Assembly (NCBI RefSeq): GCF_006345805.1
Contig: NC_043006.1
Location: 49,104,001 to 49,168,000 of the forward strand
Source of the DNA: Octopus sinensis
Lineage: Eukaryota
Direction of reading: 5' to 3'
DNA length: 64,000 bases
Of the stretch, positions 1-11,721 are shown one piece after another. The position numbers were made by a program, and so were the translations under genes. How positions within the stretch are numbered: position 1 is the first letter of the stretch; the number at the start of each line of letters is the position of its first letter. The notes under the pieces were generated by a model that was given only the letters and a program-made list of their open reading frames with translations, was not told the origin of the DNA and ran no database searches.

Positions 1-659
1 ATGAAGCTATGGTAATAATAGCTTCTTAATGTAGGTATTTTATCTCAAGTTTTCATATATCTACAGTACTCTGAATCCCGGGCAGAAGAAATTCATTTGC
101 ATAATGAGAGTCTGAGCACTAATAAAAAGCTCCATAGGATCTACTATTCTACCTCCAACGAAAAATGCATAACGCTTTTACGCTTGCTATTTACATTGGA
201 ACGAGCACTGCAATACTGCTAAATAAGATTAATTAAAGAAGATATATATTATCTCTATCCAGGGTCTATTATAGAAATTTAGAAATAGTTCTGGTAAAAC
301 ATGAAAAATATTTACAGTCGATAGTGTTAAATTTTTTGTTATATATGTATATATTCTATGATTGTGTACGTTTCAAAAGAGAAATGTGTTGAAATAAATA
401 TTCCAGCCAAGTGTCATTCTGTACTGTATCTTTCCAGTTGCCTTAAAAACAAACAAAAACACTGTGTTGCTGTCTAAATGACTAGTGGAGCAGGGTGTCT
501 CTTGGAAGATTTGGCGAGCTGTCGTTGTTATTGTTATTGTTGCTGCTACTGCTGTATCATGTGATGCCAAAGCTTCTAGCTTCCTCCTTCCGTCTTTTTT
601 TTTTTTTTTTCAATGTATTTGCCACAGACAAACCTTTCTCCTCCTGTCTTTATATTATT

Positions 660-829
660 GTGTCTATATATATAAATATATATATATATACACAGACAAA
701 CCCCACTTTTCTTTTTCAGCTGATCTACGAATGTCAAAACCATTCGTTAACGTTATTTTTTATTAACTTTTTTTTTCTGTTACAGTTCTTTTGGTCTCGA
801 AATTCCTCCTCATGCAACAGTTTCTATCG

Positions 830-869
<40 letters not shown>

Positions 870-1720
870 CAGGCATACACACACGCACCCCTCTATCTAA
901 CAATCTAATTAATATCTGCGCGTAATTATATGTATTTAATATGCTTTTCTTTTTTATTCTTGTGTATGTCTAAGATATATATATATATATATATATCACA
1001 CGTTTTACCGTTTCCATTTAGGCACATGTAGGTTTTTCATACACGTGTCTATATATAGATGTCTGTTTATTTATTTCGACTAACACTCATATGGGAGGGG
1101 TCGCTGGCAGGAGAGAAAGAGAGAGAGAGAGAAGAAAACAGGTGGTACTTAACTACAACAGTAGTTTTCAGAGGGAGTATGAGAGGTATTTCAATTATTA
1201 TCATTATTATTATTATTATTATACAACTCCACCTCCTTCTCCCTTCTTGTAATCGATAATTTATACAGCTGATCAATCGATTTACTTTCCTGCTGCAAGG
1301 CGATATAAGGTAACATAAGGAGATGGAAAAATACCTGGAAATAACTACGAAAATCCCCACCTGTCTTTCTACATCTGATTTTTCTATTGCTTGCATTCCA
1401 AATGACTTCGTACGTTGCTTGCAACTCTATTTTTCTCTTTCTCTCTCTCTCTCTTTCTCTCTCTGCCCCCCTCTCACTCTCGTATATGCATACGCGCGCG
1501 CACTTCACACACGCACATTCACAAGCTTTCTCTAACCCTTCTTCCTTCAATGGGAATTTACATATATATATATATATAAAAAAAAAACCTCAGGAGCAAA
1601 GCATACTCTCAGTGATTTGGCTGCATTGACTTGGTTTGTATTACATAACATTGCACTTGCACAACGCCTTTTATATACACAAAAACCAATGATTCTTCTC
1701 TCTCTCTCTCTCGTATGTTT
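660..1720. repeat. Cluster of (TA)n, (GA)n/(CT)n and (ATT)n microsatellites in otherwise transposon-free sequence
   Basis: Seen directly. Confidence 0.9.
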
Positions 1721-4659
1721 CACTTTTCCTTCTTCACGAATATATCCATCTATTTTCTATCATTGTTGTAAACACGGTTCTTTTCGTCTTAATTTTTTTT
1801 ACTTCCAACGTTTAAAAGTTGATATATGCAAAACACAAAAATACTTGGAACTAAACCGAAGATATTTTTAGAATATTTTACAGTTACCCACACACAAACA
1901 CTCATCCAACATACTATTGTCTTTTCGCTAACCATCAGTACACTACAATGTCAGATGGGTATTGTTCAGCCCTAGGTTATTCCTGATCGAGCAGACCTAT
2001 AATTAAAGGCATTCCAGCCTTGGCTATCCCGTTTTTTTTTTGTTTTTTTTTTCCTATATACTAAAAACCCAGGGCTACATTATCCAGTGTGCCCTTTTCT
2101 AAGAATGTAGAAGGTGATTTAGAGGAGAATTAGTTGCTATTTCTTTCGTTCGAATGACCACGTACAGGCTTCCTTGTTGGCTCCGGTTATTGTTACTGTT
2201 AGCGGTGATGGTGGTAGCGGTAATTGTCATGTTAAGTATAATGACTTAGCAACTAAAGTTTTTCTCTCTTTGCTTCTATAGTTGCATTGTATTCTTCAGC
2301 AATTTTCTTAACTCTTCTTACAAAAATCAACAATGCCTAATTAAGTAATTGGTGCTTCAACCTCATTTACCCTTCCATATATGGAAGGGTAAACGAACAG
2401 ATTTATTTTCCTACATCTCTATTATATTCCTGTGTGTGCAACAAAATATATAACCATAGTGTGTGTGTGTGTGGTAGTTTTGTGATCATTGTGTGATGTA
2501 GTCGTCGTTATCATGATCATTTTAACGTCCTAGTTTCCATGCTTGCATGGGTCAGACAGAATGCATCGAGATGAATTTATTTTTACAGCTGGATGCCCTT
2601 TCTGTCGCCAACCATCACCTGTTTCCATTTAAGGTAATATAGCTAGACATGAAGCTAAGTCAAGAAGACAGTAACATGCACACACACACACACACACATA
2701 CATATGTACACATTCATACATGCATACATCCATCCATACATACATACATACAAGTAATGAGAGAGAGTCCACATGTGGTCACTCTAACGCTAGATATAGA
2801 TCCACGAAGGGAATCCACCACTAAAGAATTGTTCTCAAGAATTAGTTCAACGCGCCAAGAATGTAAGCGAGCAGGACAAATGAAAAATAACGAAAAAATA
2901 GATTAACTTTATACAATTATTTCACCGTTAATAGATTGTGTAATTTTACTTACATAATCATTTTCAGATCTTCAGTAGAGTATATCAAAAAAATATAATT
3001 TGCTGAGTCAAACGCCTACATTCACACAAAGGCAAATGGCACAGCCGATTATATCTGCAGTTACGGTCAAATATCCTCATTCTCGCGCGCTACATATGTA
3101 TATTATACAATAAGAAAAAGAAATGACAAAAAGATAAGCAATTATCGTATGGACTTCATTAGCTTGCAGCTGTTTCCACTATAAGATGCAGTGGACTCAT
3201 AGTTTAGTGCCTGGGTAACACCTAGTAGCTTTATTGGGGCCTCAACAAGCTTTTTCAGTTTTTGTCTACCGACTCCATTCACAAAGATTTTATTAGGAAT
3301 GCAATCTCACACTAGATTAAATTGATCTTCAGTATAAAGCAGCTACTACTTCCCAGAAGTAGGTAAAACCAAAACTGACCCTGACAGAATCTGAGCTCTG
3401 AATGAAAAAGGATCTAACAAAATACCTCTAGGGATTTTGTCTGATGATCAGTCGATTTTGTAACTAACTGGCATTTCTGTGCAGTATAATGATTTATATA
3501 ATACATGGTTGAGGGATGAAAAGACCCTATTGAACTTAAGGGTCACTATATCGTTTATCTTTTACTTGTTTCAGTCATTTGACAGCGGCCATGCTGGAGC
3601 ACTGCCTTTAGTCGAGCAAATCAACCCTAGGACCTATTCTTTGGAACCCTAGTACTTATTCTATCGGTTTCTTTTGCTGAGCTGCTAAGTTACGCGGACG
3701 TAAACACACCAGCATCGGTTGTCAAGCGATGTTGGGGGGACAAACACAGACACAAACTTATACACACACATATATATATATATAGTTAATTCAAACATGA
3801 AAGCACAAAAAAACACAACAATGCGAGGACATGGAACAAATATAGTATTATTGGACGCTCAGGAAAGGAGGGTTTAACGTTTCGAGCAGAGCTCTTCGTC
3901 GGAAACATAGGAGAAGGGAAGATAGAGGAAAAAAAATCGCCAACGATACACACACGGTCACATATACACATATACAACAGACTTCTTTCAGTTTCCATCT
4001 ACCAAATCCACTCACAAGGCTTTGGTCGGCCCGAAGCTATAGTAGAAGACACTTACCCAAGGTGCCATGCAGTGGGACTGAACCCGGGACCATGTAGTTC
4101 GTAAACAAGCTGTCAAACAAACTGACCCTTGTACTTTTGGTGCTTATTCTATCAGTCTCTATTATTATATAATAATATATACAATAATACTAAGTTTGCT
4201 TCCCAACCACATGGTTCCGGGTTCAGTCCCACTGCATAGCACCATCAGCAAACATCTACTATAGCCCCAAGTTGACCAAAGCCTTGTGAGTGGATTTGGT
4301 AAATGGAAACTAAAAGAAATCCATTATATGTATGTGTGTGTGTCTTTATTCTCTACCACCACTTGATCGGTGTTGGTTCGTTTACATCCCCATGACCGAA
4401 CAGTTCAGTTCAGCAAAAAGAGACTGATAGAATAAGCACCAGGCTTAGGAGAAAAATACTGGGGTCAATTTATATGACTAAACCCTGAAAGGCTGTGCCC
4501 TAACATGGCTGCAGTCTTATAACTGAAGCAAGTAAGTGATATAATAATACTTAAGCTCAATAGGGTTTTCTTGTCCCTCAACCATTTTTTTATCTATGGA
4601 CCCCTTTGATTCCTATTTTACTCAGATGGACCCTCCAAGCCATTCAATGTTTAAAAGCA

Positions 4660-5260
4660 TCATCAACATCAACATCCGCTTTCCATGCTAGCATGGGTTA
4701 GACGATTTGATTGAGGACTGGTGAACCAGATGGTTGCACGAGGCAATCTGATCTGGCAGAGTTTCTACAGCTTGATGCCCTTCCTAATGCCAACCACTCC
4801 GAGAGTGTAGTGGGTGCTTTTACATGCCACCTGCACGAGGGTCAGTTAGGCGGTACTGGCAACAGCCATACTCAAATGGTGCTTTTTATGTGCCACCTGC
4901 ACAGGAGCCAGCCTAGCAACACTGGCAACGACCTCGCTCAAATGTTTTTTCATGTGCCACCAGCACAAGAGCCAGTAAGGCAACACAGGTAACGATCACG
5001 TTCGAATGGTGCTTTTTATGTGCCACTGACATGGAAGCCAGTTTGTTGCTCTGGCAACGATCACACTCAGATGGTACTCTTAGCACTCCACTAGCACATG
5101 CCAGTCATCGAACTTGATTTCGATTTTACTTGTCTCAACAGGTCTTCGCAAGCACAGTTTAGTGTCCAATGAAGGAAAGGTACACATAAGTGGGCTGGTT
5201 ACACCCCTGGCATAGGCCATGAGGTTATGGTCTCACTTGGCTTGCCAAGTCTTCTCAAGC
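4660..5260 (-). mobile_element. RTE 3' UTR fragment with about four internal ~65-bp tandem units
   Basis: Shares ggatgcccttcctaatgccaacc and the (GAT)n-type tail with the coding RTE copies; repeated tttttatgtgccacc...ctggcaacga units. Confidence 0.8.
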
Positions 5261-5476
5261 TTTTAAAAAATTGGTAAAATATTTTGTATATTGTAGAATT
5301 TTAACCAATTTTTTGCAGCTAAATTTTAACAACAAAATCTTATATGGACCCTCAAGGGCCTTATGGACTCCGGTTGAGAGCCACTGATTTACACTATTTA
5401 AACTTTATAGAAATTGATTTCTAATGAATAAATGTAATTGCAATTTTTGAGGCAAATTATTATGCAACTAGGCACA

Positions 5477-5871
5477 AGAGTGGCTATGTGGTAAGTAGCT
5501 TGCTTACCAACCACATGGTTCTGGGTTCATTCCCACTGTGTGGCACCTTGGGTAAGTGTCTTCTTACTATAGCCTTGGGCCGACCAAAGCCTTGTGAGTG
5601 GATTTGGTAGATGGAAACTGAAAGAAGCCTGTCATATATGTGTCTGTGTATATATATATATGTTTGTGTGTCTGTGTTTGTCCCCCCCCCCCCAACATCG
5701 CTTGACAACCGATGCTGGTGTGTTTACATCCCCGTATTTTAGCAGTTTGGCAAAAGAGACTGATAGAATAAGTACTAGGCTTACAAAGAATAAGTCCTGG
5801 GGTCGATTTGCTCAACTAAAGGCAGTGCTCCAGCATGGCCGCTGTCAAATGACTGAAACAAGTAAAAGAGT
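5477..5871 (+). mobile_element. tRNA-derived SINE family A, full length (commonest repeat in the window)
   Basis: Head gagtggct(g/a)tgtggtaagtagcttgc...ggttcagtccc, central (TA)n/(TG)n, tail ...gactgaaacaagtaaaagag. Further copies at about 3557-4110(-), 21950-22320(-), 22497-22870(-), 25228-25535(-), 27660-28025(-), 30082-30540(+), 32482-33058(-), 35128-35452(-) and 50293-51050(+). Confidence 0.9.
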
Positions 5872-6765
5872 TATATTACAACAGCTGTTAATTATACTCA
5901 CCTGTCAAGTCAAGTCACAAGGTCGTAAATTTGTAGTCAAGTCAATATTAGCATATTTGATGGAGTGGACATCAAACATCTGATAAGAAACATGTGGTAT
6001 AGAAAAGACAATATTTAGCTCAGTGTCTTCTTCCTTTGGCATCCATCTGCCTTGAGAGGAAATACAGTTCTACACCATGAACCTTTTAGGATTTGAGCTT
6101 TATCCCAATACAAAAAGGACAACCACCTCCCATACAGTGGCATAGCCAAGTTCTAAAGTTAAAGGGAGCAAGCACAAAAAAAAAAGGCTCCGTGACACAT
6201 ACCAAACAACTTTTAATTCATTTCTATTCATCATCATCATCATCCAATGTTTTAAATCCAGGTTTTGTCCCCATTAATGGGGGTGGCCAGATCTACCTCA
6301 ATGCCATAGCAACTGAGGTAAGCAGGTGCAGCCCACCCCAACCTTTAGGCTATCTGGTGCTCACCCTCCTTTGCTATCATGAGGCCTTTTTGGAGCTGGA
6401 TTTTCTACAGGGAGCATGCCTTTGCTTACCCCCAACCTCAGTTTCTAGACAGGAGTGCCCAAGACCAAGGCCTCTACCACGACTTTTAAGAAATGTGATG
6501 GAAAACTAGCTCAAGAAGACAGAGACACTACTCCCTGAGACCTTTTTCAGAGCTCCCTTACCTATTATGGTATGCAAAAAATATTTCATTAGTTTTAATA
6601 AACATAATTGTATTCTATATTCATTAATTTCATATTTCAGTAACAATGTCATTATGTTTGAAACTTAAAAATCTGATATAGGTAATTAAAGAGTTAAGAA
6701 AAATTCAGTTCTATATTTAAGAGATGAGGAATTATGTACATTATTTACATTTTTTACATTTGACA

Positions 6766-6998
6766 GGCATATGGCGTAGTGGTTAAGAGCGCAGGTTACT
6801 AACCCCAAGATTCGAGTTCAATTCCAGGTAGTGACCTGAATAATAATAATAATAACATTGAAAAATACTTTAGGAACGAGAACCCAGGTTCAAAATTTCC
6901 CCAAGAAACCTGATGAAGGCTGGAGGGTATATCAGCCGAAACATTGTGTTAACAACAAACAAGATGAGGACAAATATCCATCAAATGTAAATAATGTA
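6766..6998 (+). mobile_element. tRNA-headed SINE-like element containing a minimal hammerhead ribozyme motif
   Basis: Pol III A box TGGCGTAGTGG (6772-6782), B box GTTCAATTCC (6816-6825), (AAT)n spacer, hammerhead at 6905-6950; a perfect 16-bp inverted repeat at 6737-6752 and 6983-6998 brackets it. Confidence 0.75.
6905..6950 (+). ncRNA. Type I minimal hammerhead ribozyme motif (Penelope-like), degenerate copy
   Basis: CTGATGA 6910-6916, extra A, stem II GGCTG/CAGCC, GAA-AC, AT-T, stem I GAAAC/GTGTT (one mismatch). Predicted cut after 6945. Confidence 0.65.
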
Positions 6999-8429
6999 AA
7001 TTTTAAAAATTGTTGAAAAGGTACCAATTTTTAAAAAATGTGCTTGGTAGGAGCTTCCCTATTAGCTATGTCACTGCTTCCTTACTGTTACTAAAGCAAT
7101 CTCCATTATCTCTACACTGTTATGACTTATCTACACAACAAGAGTGATGGGTGATATGTACACCTTACAAAATCTCATTCAGTTATACATATCAATTATA
7201 AATTTACTATTAACTCCACCTTACTAATGAATTTTAATCTTTGCTATCAAGAGAAAGTCAATAAAATTAATTTTAGAAGTTCATTAAACTTTTTTTTATC
7301 AGCTACATTATGACTTAACATCATTACTTGATGTCTACTTGACCTTGCTTGCATAGGTCAGATGGAGTTTATTGAGGCAAGTTTTCTATGACCAGATGCC
7401 CTTCCTGCCAAGGTAAAATTTCCCTATGATGAGATTGAGGTATATTTCAGCAACATATTGGATATGGCAGATACTTTCTATGATCAAGTGATATCAAAAC
7501 AGGAGATACAAACACACATTCACATACATATACATACATGCATGTATGCATACATGAAGATATAGTAGAAAACACTTCCCCAAGGTGCCACGCATAAGAA
7601 CTGAACCTGAAACCATGTGGTTGGAAAGGAAATTTCTTACCACAGAACCATACCTGTGCCAATTAACATATCAATTAAAAAATCTACTACTGAAATGAGA
7701 TTCCCTGGATGCATACCTGTGCTTGGGCTATGGAAACCCTTGCTTGCCCAAATGTCAGAATACCCCGTTAGCTTTACTGGTCTTGTGCAAACAAGTGCAG
7801 AGCAATACTTTTGAATCCAGTTTGACTGTAGCAGTTACTGTAATAGTGTTGAAACCAGAGGTAACAAATCAGCAGAGTTGTTGGCACATCATATAGACTG
7901 CCTCACAGTATTGTGAGTTCAAATCTCACAAAGGTCAACTTTACTTTTTATTCTTATGGGATCATTAACAAAAAGTACTGATCCAGAATGATAGATTGGC
8001 ATAACTGTAAGAATGTTGAACTAGTTTACCTTACAGTATTTGTTTTTTGACTCATTGCATACAGACTTTATGTGTGGATGTTTACCTTCTGTGCCGAGCT
8101 GAACTATGGAGGTTGCCATTTGTCAATATTACCTGGCCATCAGATTGTACAATAGTTCTGAGCTTTCAAACACAAGTGGAATGAAAATTTCTTTTGCTTG
8201 AAAAGCAGATGAGAATTAATTATTGGAAGAGGGAATCTATTTGTTAAGCAATGCCCCAATAATATGTATTCCTCTAACCCATGCTACCATAGAAAAACAA
8301 ACAAAATGAAAACTATGGTGAGGTCTACACTTTGCTGAGAAAGTCTAGTAGGACCAAAACATGTTCGGAGTTGTCTCCCTTACTTGAAAAACTATTAGAA
8401 TAATATTCACCTTTGAAATAAATATTGTC

Positions 8430-8534
8430 TTAGAAATAATTATGGAGTTCATCATCATCATCATCGTTTAACGTCAGCATGGAAAACAGACGTTAAACTA
8501 TGATGATGATGATGAACTCCATAATTATTTCTAA
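8430..8534. repeat. 46-bp near-perfect inverted repeat (45/46) with a 13-nt loop
   Basis: Arms 8430-8475 and 8489-8534, each made of unique flank plus an RTE-type (GAT)n tail. Confidence 0.95.
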
Positions 8535-9157
8535 TCAAGTTTTTAATGCTCATTACATTGAATAAGGTGACAATAACTTAACTATTGTTTTTTCATACAG
8601 ATGGCATCATTAAGTAATTAACCTCCATGGTTTTATTTTTACAGATTTGTATGCCAAGCACCACTATTCATTTCTTGGTACACTATTTCCCTAACTCTTT
8701 TTGATATAAGGGGACAATGTAAAGTCAATCAGTATATGATGTGTGCTCAAAATTCAAGAGAGGTAAAAAAAGAATAACAACTTCCACATGCTCTTTCTAC
8801 CGACATACTGCCACCGCCTTCTTCTTCCTCTTCTTCACCACCATCACCCTCTGATAGGAACTCTGAACAGGGATGGATGGAGTTCATGACATTTTTTTAA
8901 GCTACAGTTCCAGTTACTTTTGGGGAATAGAAAGATCTGGATAAACTCAGATGGGTAAATGTTGATTTTGAACTGTTGGCAATTACTTGAGAGAAGAATG
9001 GAATTCTAGAGAGAAATGTTATTTCTGAAGACGAAGAATTGAACAAGAAATTGTTGTAGTTAGAAATTATTATTAAATAAAATATGATAACTCATTATTA
9101 TCATTATACTTTTGTTGTATACAAGCTGCTCTAAATCTTACTCAGAAACCTCAAGTA

Positions 9158-9921
9158 CCGTAAATCCTCAAGTATAGGCCACCCTTGAGTATAATACGCA
9201 GGGGATTTTTAGGGAGCTGTACCTCTGAAAAACCTAAACCATGAGTATAATATACACCACTTAAGGCGGCGAGCTGGCAGAAACGTTAGCACGCCGGGCG
9301 AAATGCGTAGCCGTATTTCGTCTGCCGTTCTGGGTTCAAATTCCGCCAAGGTCGACTTTGCCTTTCATCCTTTCGGGGTCGATAAATTAAGTAGCAGTTA
9401 CACACTGAGGTCGATGTAATCGACTTAATCCGTTTGTCTGTCCTTGCTTGACCCCTCTGTATTTAGCCCTTGTGGGTAGTAAAGAAATATATAATACGCA
9501 CCACTTCTCTACCTTGAGTTGTGCGTAATTAAGTCAGCAGCACCTAGTCGAACAAACACTTTCGCACATGCGTAATACAATAATGGTGATGTTCTTAACT
9601 GTTATATGGGAATGTAAATATGTTTACAAACTGTTTTTGTTACATGTTATTCTGTGTTCTGAATACTTTTATTTTAATAAATGTTGCTTACTGCAAGTTA
9701 TGGATGATTCTTTTATGACTTCATTGCTTTCAGGCTTAGCTTAAGGTATTTTCGCGCTCAACATCACAAAATGCGTCTGAATAAACATTGCCGGACAGCA
9801 AATAGAGACTCGGACATTGCTTAGAGATATTTTTCACTTTTAACCTTGTATATAGTACGCACTAGGGATTTTGACCTTTAAATTTTGGTAAAAAATGCGG
9901 ATTATACTCGAGGATTTACAG
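9158..9921. mobile_element. Tc1/mariner (Tc2-like) MITE, copy 1, with a nested SINE
   Basis: TIR CCGTAAATCCTC(G/A)AGTATA, TA on both flanks; homologous to 11224-11721. Confidence 0.9.
9263..9489 (+). mobile_element. tRNA-derived SINE family B (Nin/Deu-like core) nested in the MITE
   Basis: 17-bp TSD TATAATATACACCACTT (9246-9262) / TATAATACGCACCACTT (9490-9506); core gcctttcatcctttcggggtcgataaattaagta. Confidence 0.9.
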
Positions 9922-10842
9922 TAACAAGAAGTTGGATGTTTTACTGTGGATGTTGTTTACAAGTTGCAATGATATATTTCAGAGCAAGGAGCTCAAATAC
10001 TGATAATGTTGTCAAAAACTTGTAATATTTGTGATTTTGGAAGAATTTAAAAGGTTGTCTGTTTTTTTTATGATTTGGGCTGTACCCATAAGAATGATCT
10101 TTTGAGACTCTGATAATTTTAGGTTTCCTGGTATTTGACTATAGTATTTAAGAATGCCATTTCATACGTATCCTCAAAGCTCTGGAGATCACAGGTACAG
10201 TTGTCATTCTTTGCCATCACATTTTTGACACCTCTATTTCAAGGTCCTTGTATTTAATTTTTCAGATGTTTTTACAGAATTTGTCTTCTGATTGGATTCA
10301 CTATCTATGAGCACACATTTTATCAGTGTGAGTTTTCACCTCAATATCTGGCCTATTGGCCTGAAAAGCTTGATCTATGTAAGTACCAAAGTTCCAAAGA
10401 ACAATGATATCTCTTTTTTCTATTAATTTGAAGGGTTATATTCCCACCTTTTCTTCTCTTCTTTTCTTCTCTAAGTCCAAACTGACAGCATATGATTTAG
10501 TGCAAATACTGAGTCTACCATGACAATTAGTACAATCATTTGAAGCTAACGAAGATGAAGTGGTTAATTGGGCAAAGATGAAGTTGTCAATTGTTTCTCT
10601 GGTTTTGCCGTAAAAGTATCAGGTAGGATCAGCACCATTTTTAAGAATGTTTTCCTGGTAATTCTTATGAGCAGACACTCACTCTGAGCTGCTATAATGA
10701 AGCTTGCTGTTTCCAATTTCAATCCAGATGCAACCAACTATTTATGGGTCATATTTGTATCAACAACAGGATTGTCAGGCCTTGTAGGATATATATTATG
10801 TAATGTGTATGTATAAAAGAAGAACACAAATGGGGTTCAAAA

Positions 10843-10925
10843 TTAACAACAGCTGTTTCAGCACCATTTTATTGATACATTCTTAGATTACATCATGGTA
10901 AAAACCTACCTTCGTCAGGTGATTT
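10843..10925 (-). ncRNA. Second minimal hammerhead-like motif, within an insertion in the R4 remnant
   Basis: Minus strand: CTGACGA, long stem-loop II, GAA-ACAGCTGT-T with palindromic stem III; stem I only partly paired. Confidence 0.45.
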
Positions 10926-11223
10926 TAAACAGACAAACAGGTAAGGCAGAAGATATAAACTGACTTGCTCAGAGATTACACTTAATTTGACTCGGAATTC
11001 TATTTATTTTGCTTTCACAGTGGATGAGTTCTGTTCCATCTAGATGCACCTCGTGCTTTTTTTTTTACAGACAGTTTTAAGCATCACGTCATTGGTGTTC
11101 TTTAGATAGGTGTCTGACCCTATGGTTGCTGTTTTTAGAGACAGTTGCAGCTGCATCAGTTCACATTCACCATCCTTTTGTGGGATGTATAGTCTGTCTA
11201 CATCTACCTTTAGGTGATACATA

Positions 11224-11721
11224 CCATAAATCCTCGAGTATAGTCCACCCTTGAGTATAATACGCAGGGGATTTTTAGGAGGCTGTACCTCTGAAAAACC
11301 TAAACCTTGTGTATAATACGCACCTCTTCTCTAACTTGAATCAAGGAGGTCTATAAACGTCCTTGGTTTGTAAAAATGTATATGGTAACGTCCTTTATTA
11401 TTATTGTATATATAACATAATGCAAATGTGTAGCTTTTTTGTGCATTTTGTTTGCAGAAAATAAAGAAATAACAGTAATAACGTTTAATAAATGTTGCTT
11501 ACTGCATCTTTTATGACTTCATTGCTTTCAGGCTTAGCTTAAGGTATTTTCGCGCCCGATATCACAAAATGCATCTGAATAAACATTGCCAGGCAGCAAA
11601 TAGAGACTCAGACATTGCTTAGAAAATAATTTTCATTTTTAACCTCGTATATCGTACACACTAGGGATTTTGACCATTAAATTTTGGGAAAAAAATGTGG
11701 ATTATACTCGAGGATTTACGG
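11224..11721. mobile_element. Tc1/mariner (Tc2-like) MITE, copy 2 (498 bp)
   Basis: TIRs CC(A/G)TAAATCCTCGAGTATA(G/A)TCC, TA TSD; removing it rejoins the R4 sequence (KICKFS / MYHLKVDVDRLY). Confidence 0.92.

Noticed and set aside
373-570. 65-aa minus-strand ORF
   Set aside because: Starts at TTG, low complexity, no recognisable homology or convincing splice donor.
485-766. Plus-strand ORF with a signal-peptide-like start (WRAVVVIVIVAATAVSCDA)
   Set aside because: Starts at GTG, the hydrophobic run comes from a (GTT/ATT/GCT)n-type repeat, and the rest is poly-T and (TA)n.
4815-5085. CRISPR-like repeat-spacer appearance
   Set aside because: Whole units are homologous (no unique spacers), they lie in an RTE UTR, and the DNA is eukaryotic.
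5477-5983. ORFs such as ...GLILCKPSTYS... recurring across the window
   Set aside because: Chance frames through multicopy SINE A.
5896-6130. Minus-strand CAG|GTGAGT donor preceded by a 45-codon ORF
   Set aside because: The ORF stops before the donor and no acceptor or homology was found; at most a non-coding exon.
6766-6835. tRNA gene (Ser-like, ACT loop)
   Set aside because: No closed acceptor stem; continues into a repeat body, so it is treated as a SINE head. The same applies to the other tRNA-like heads.
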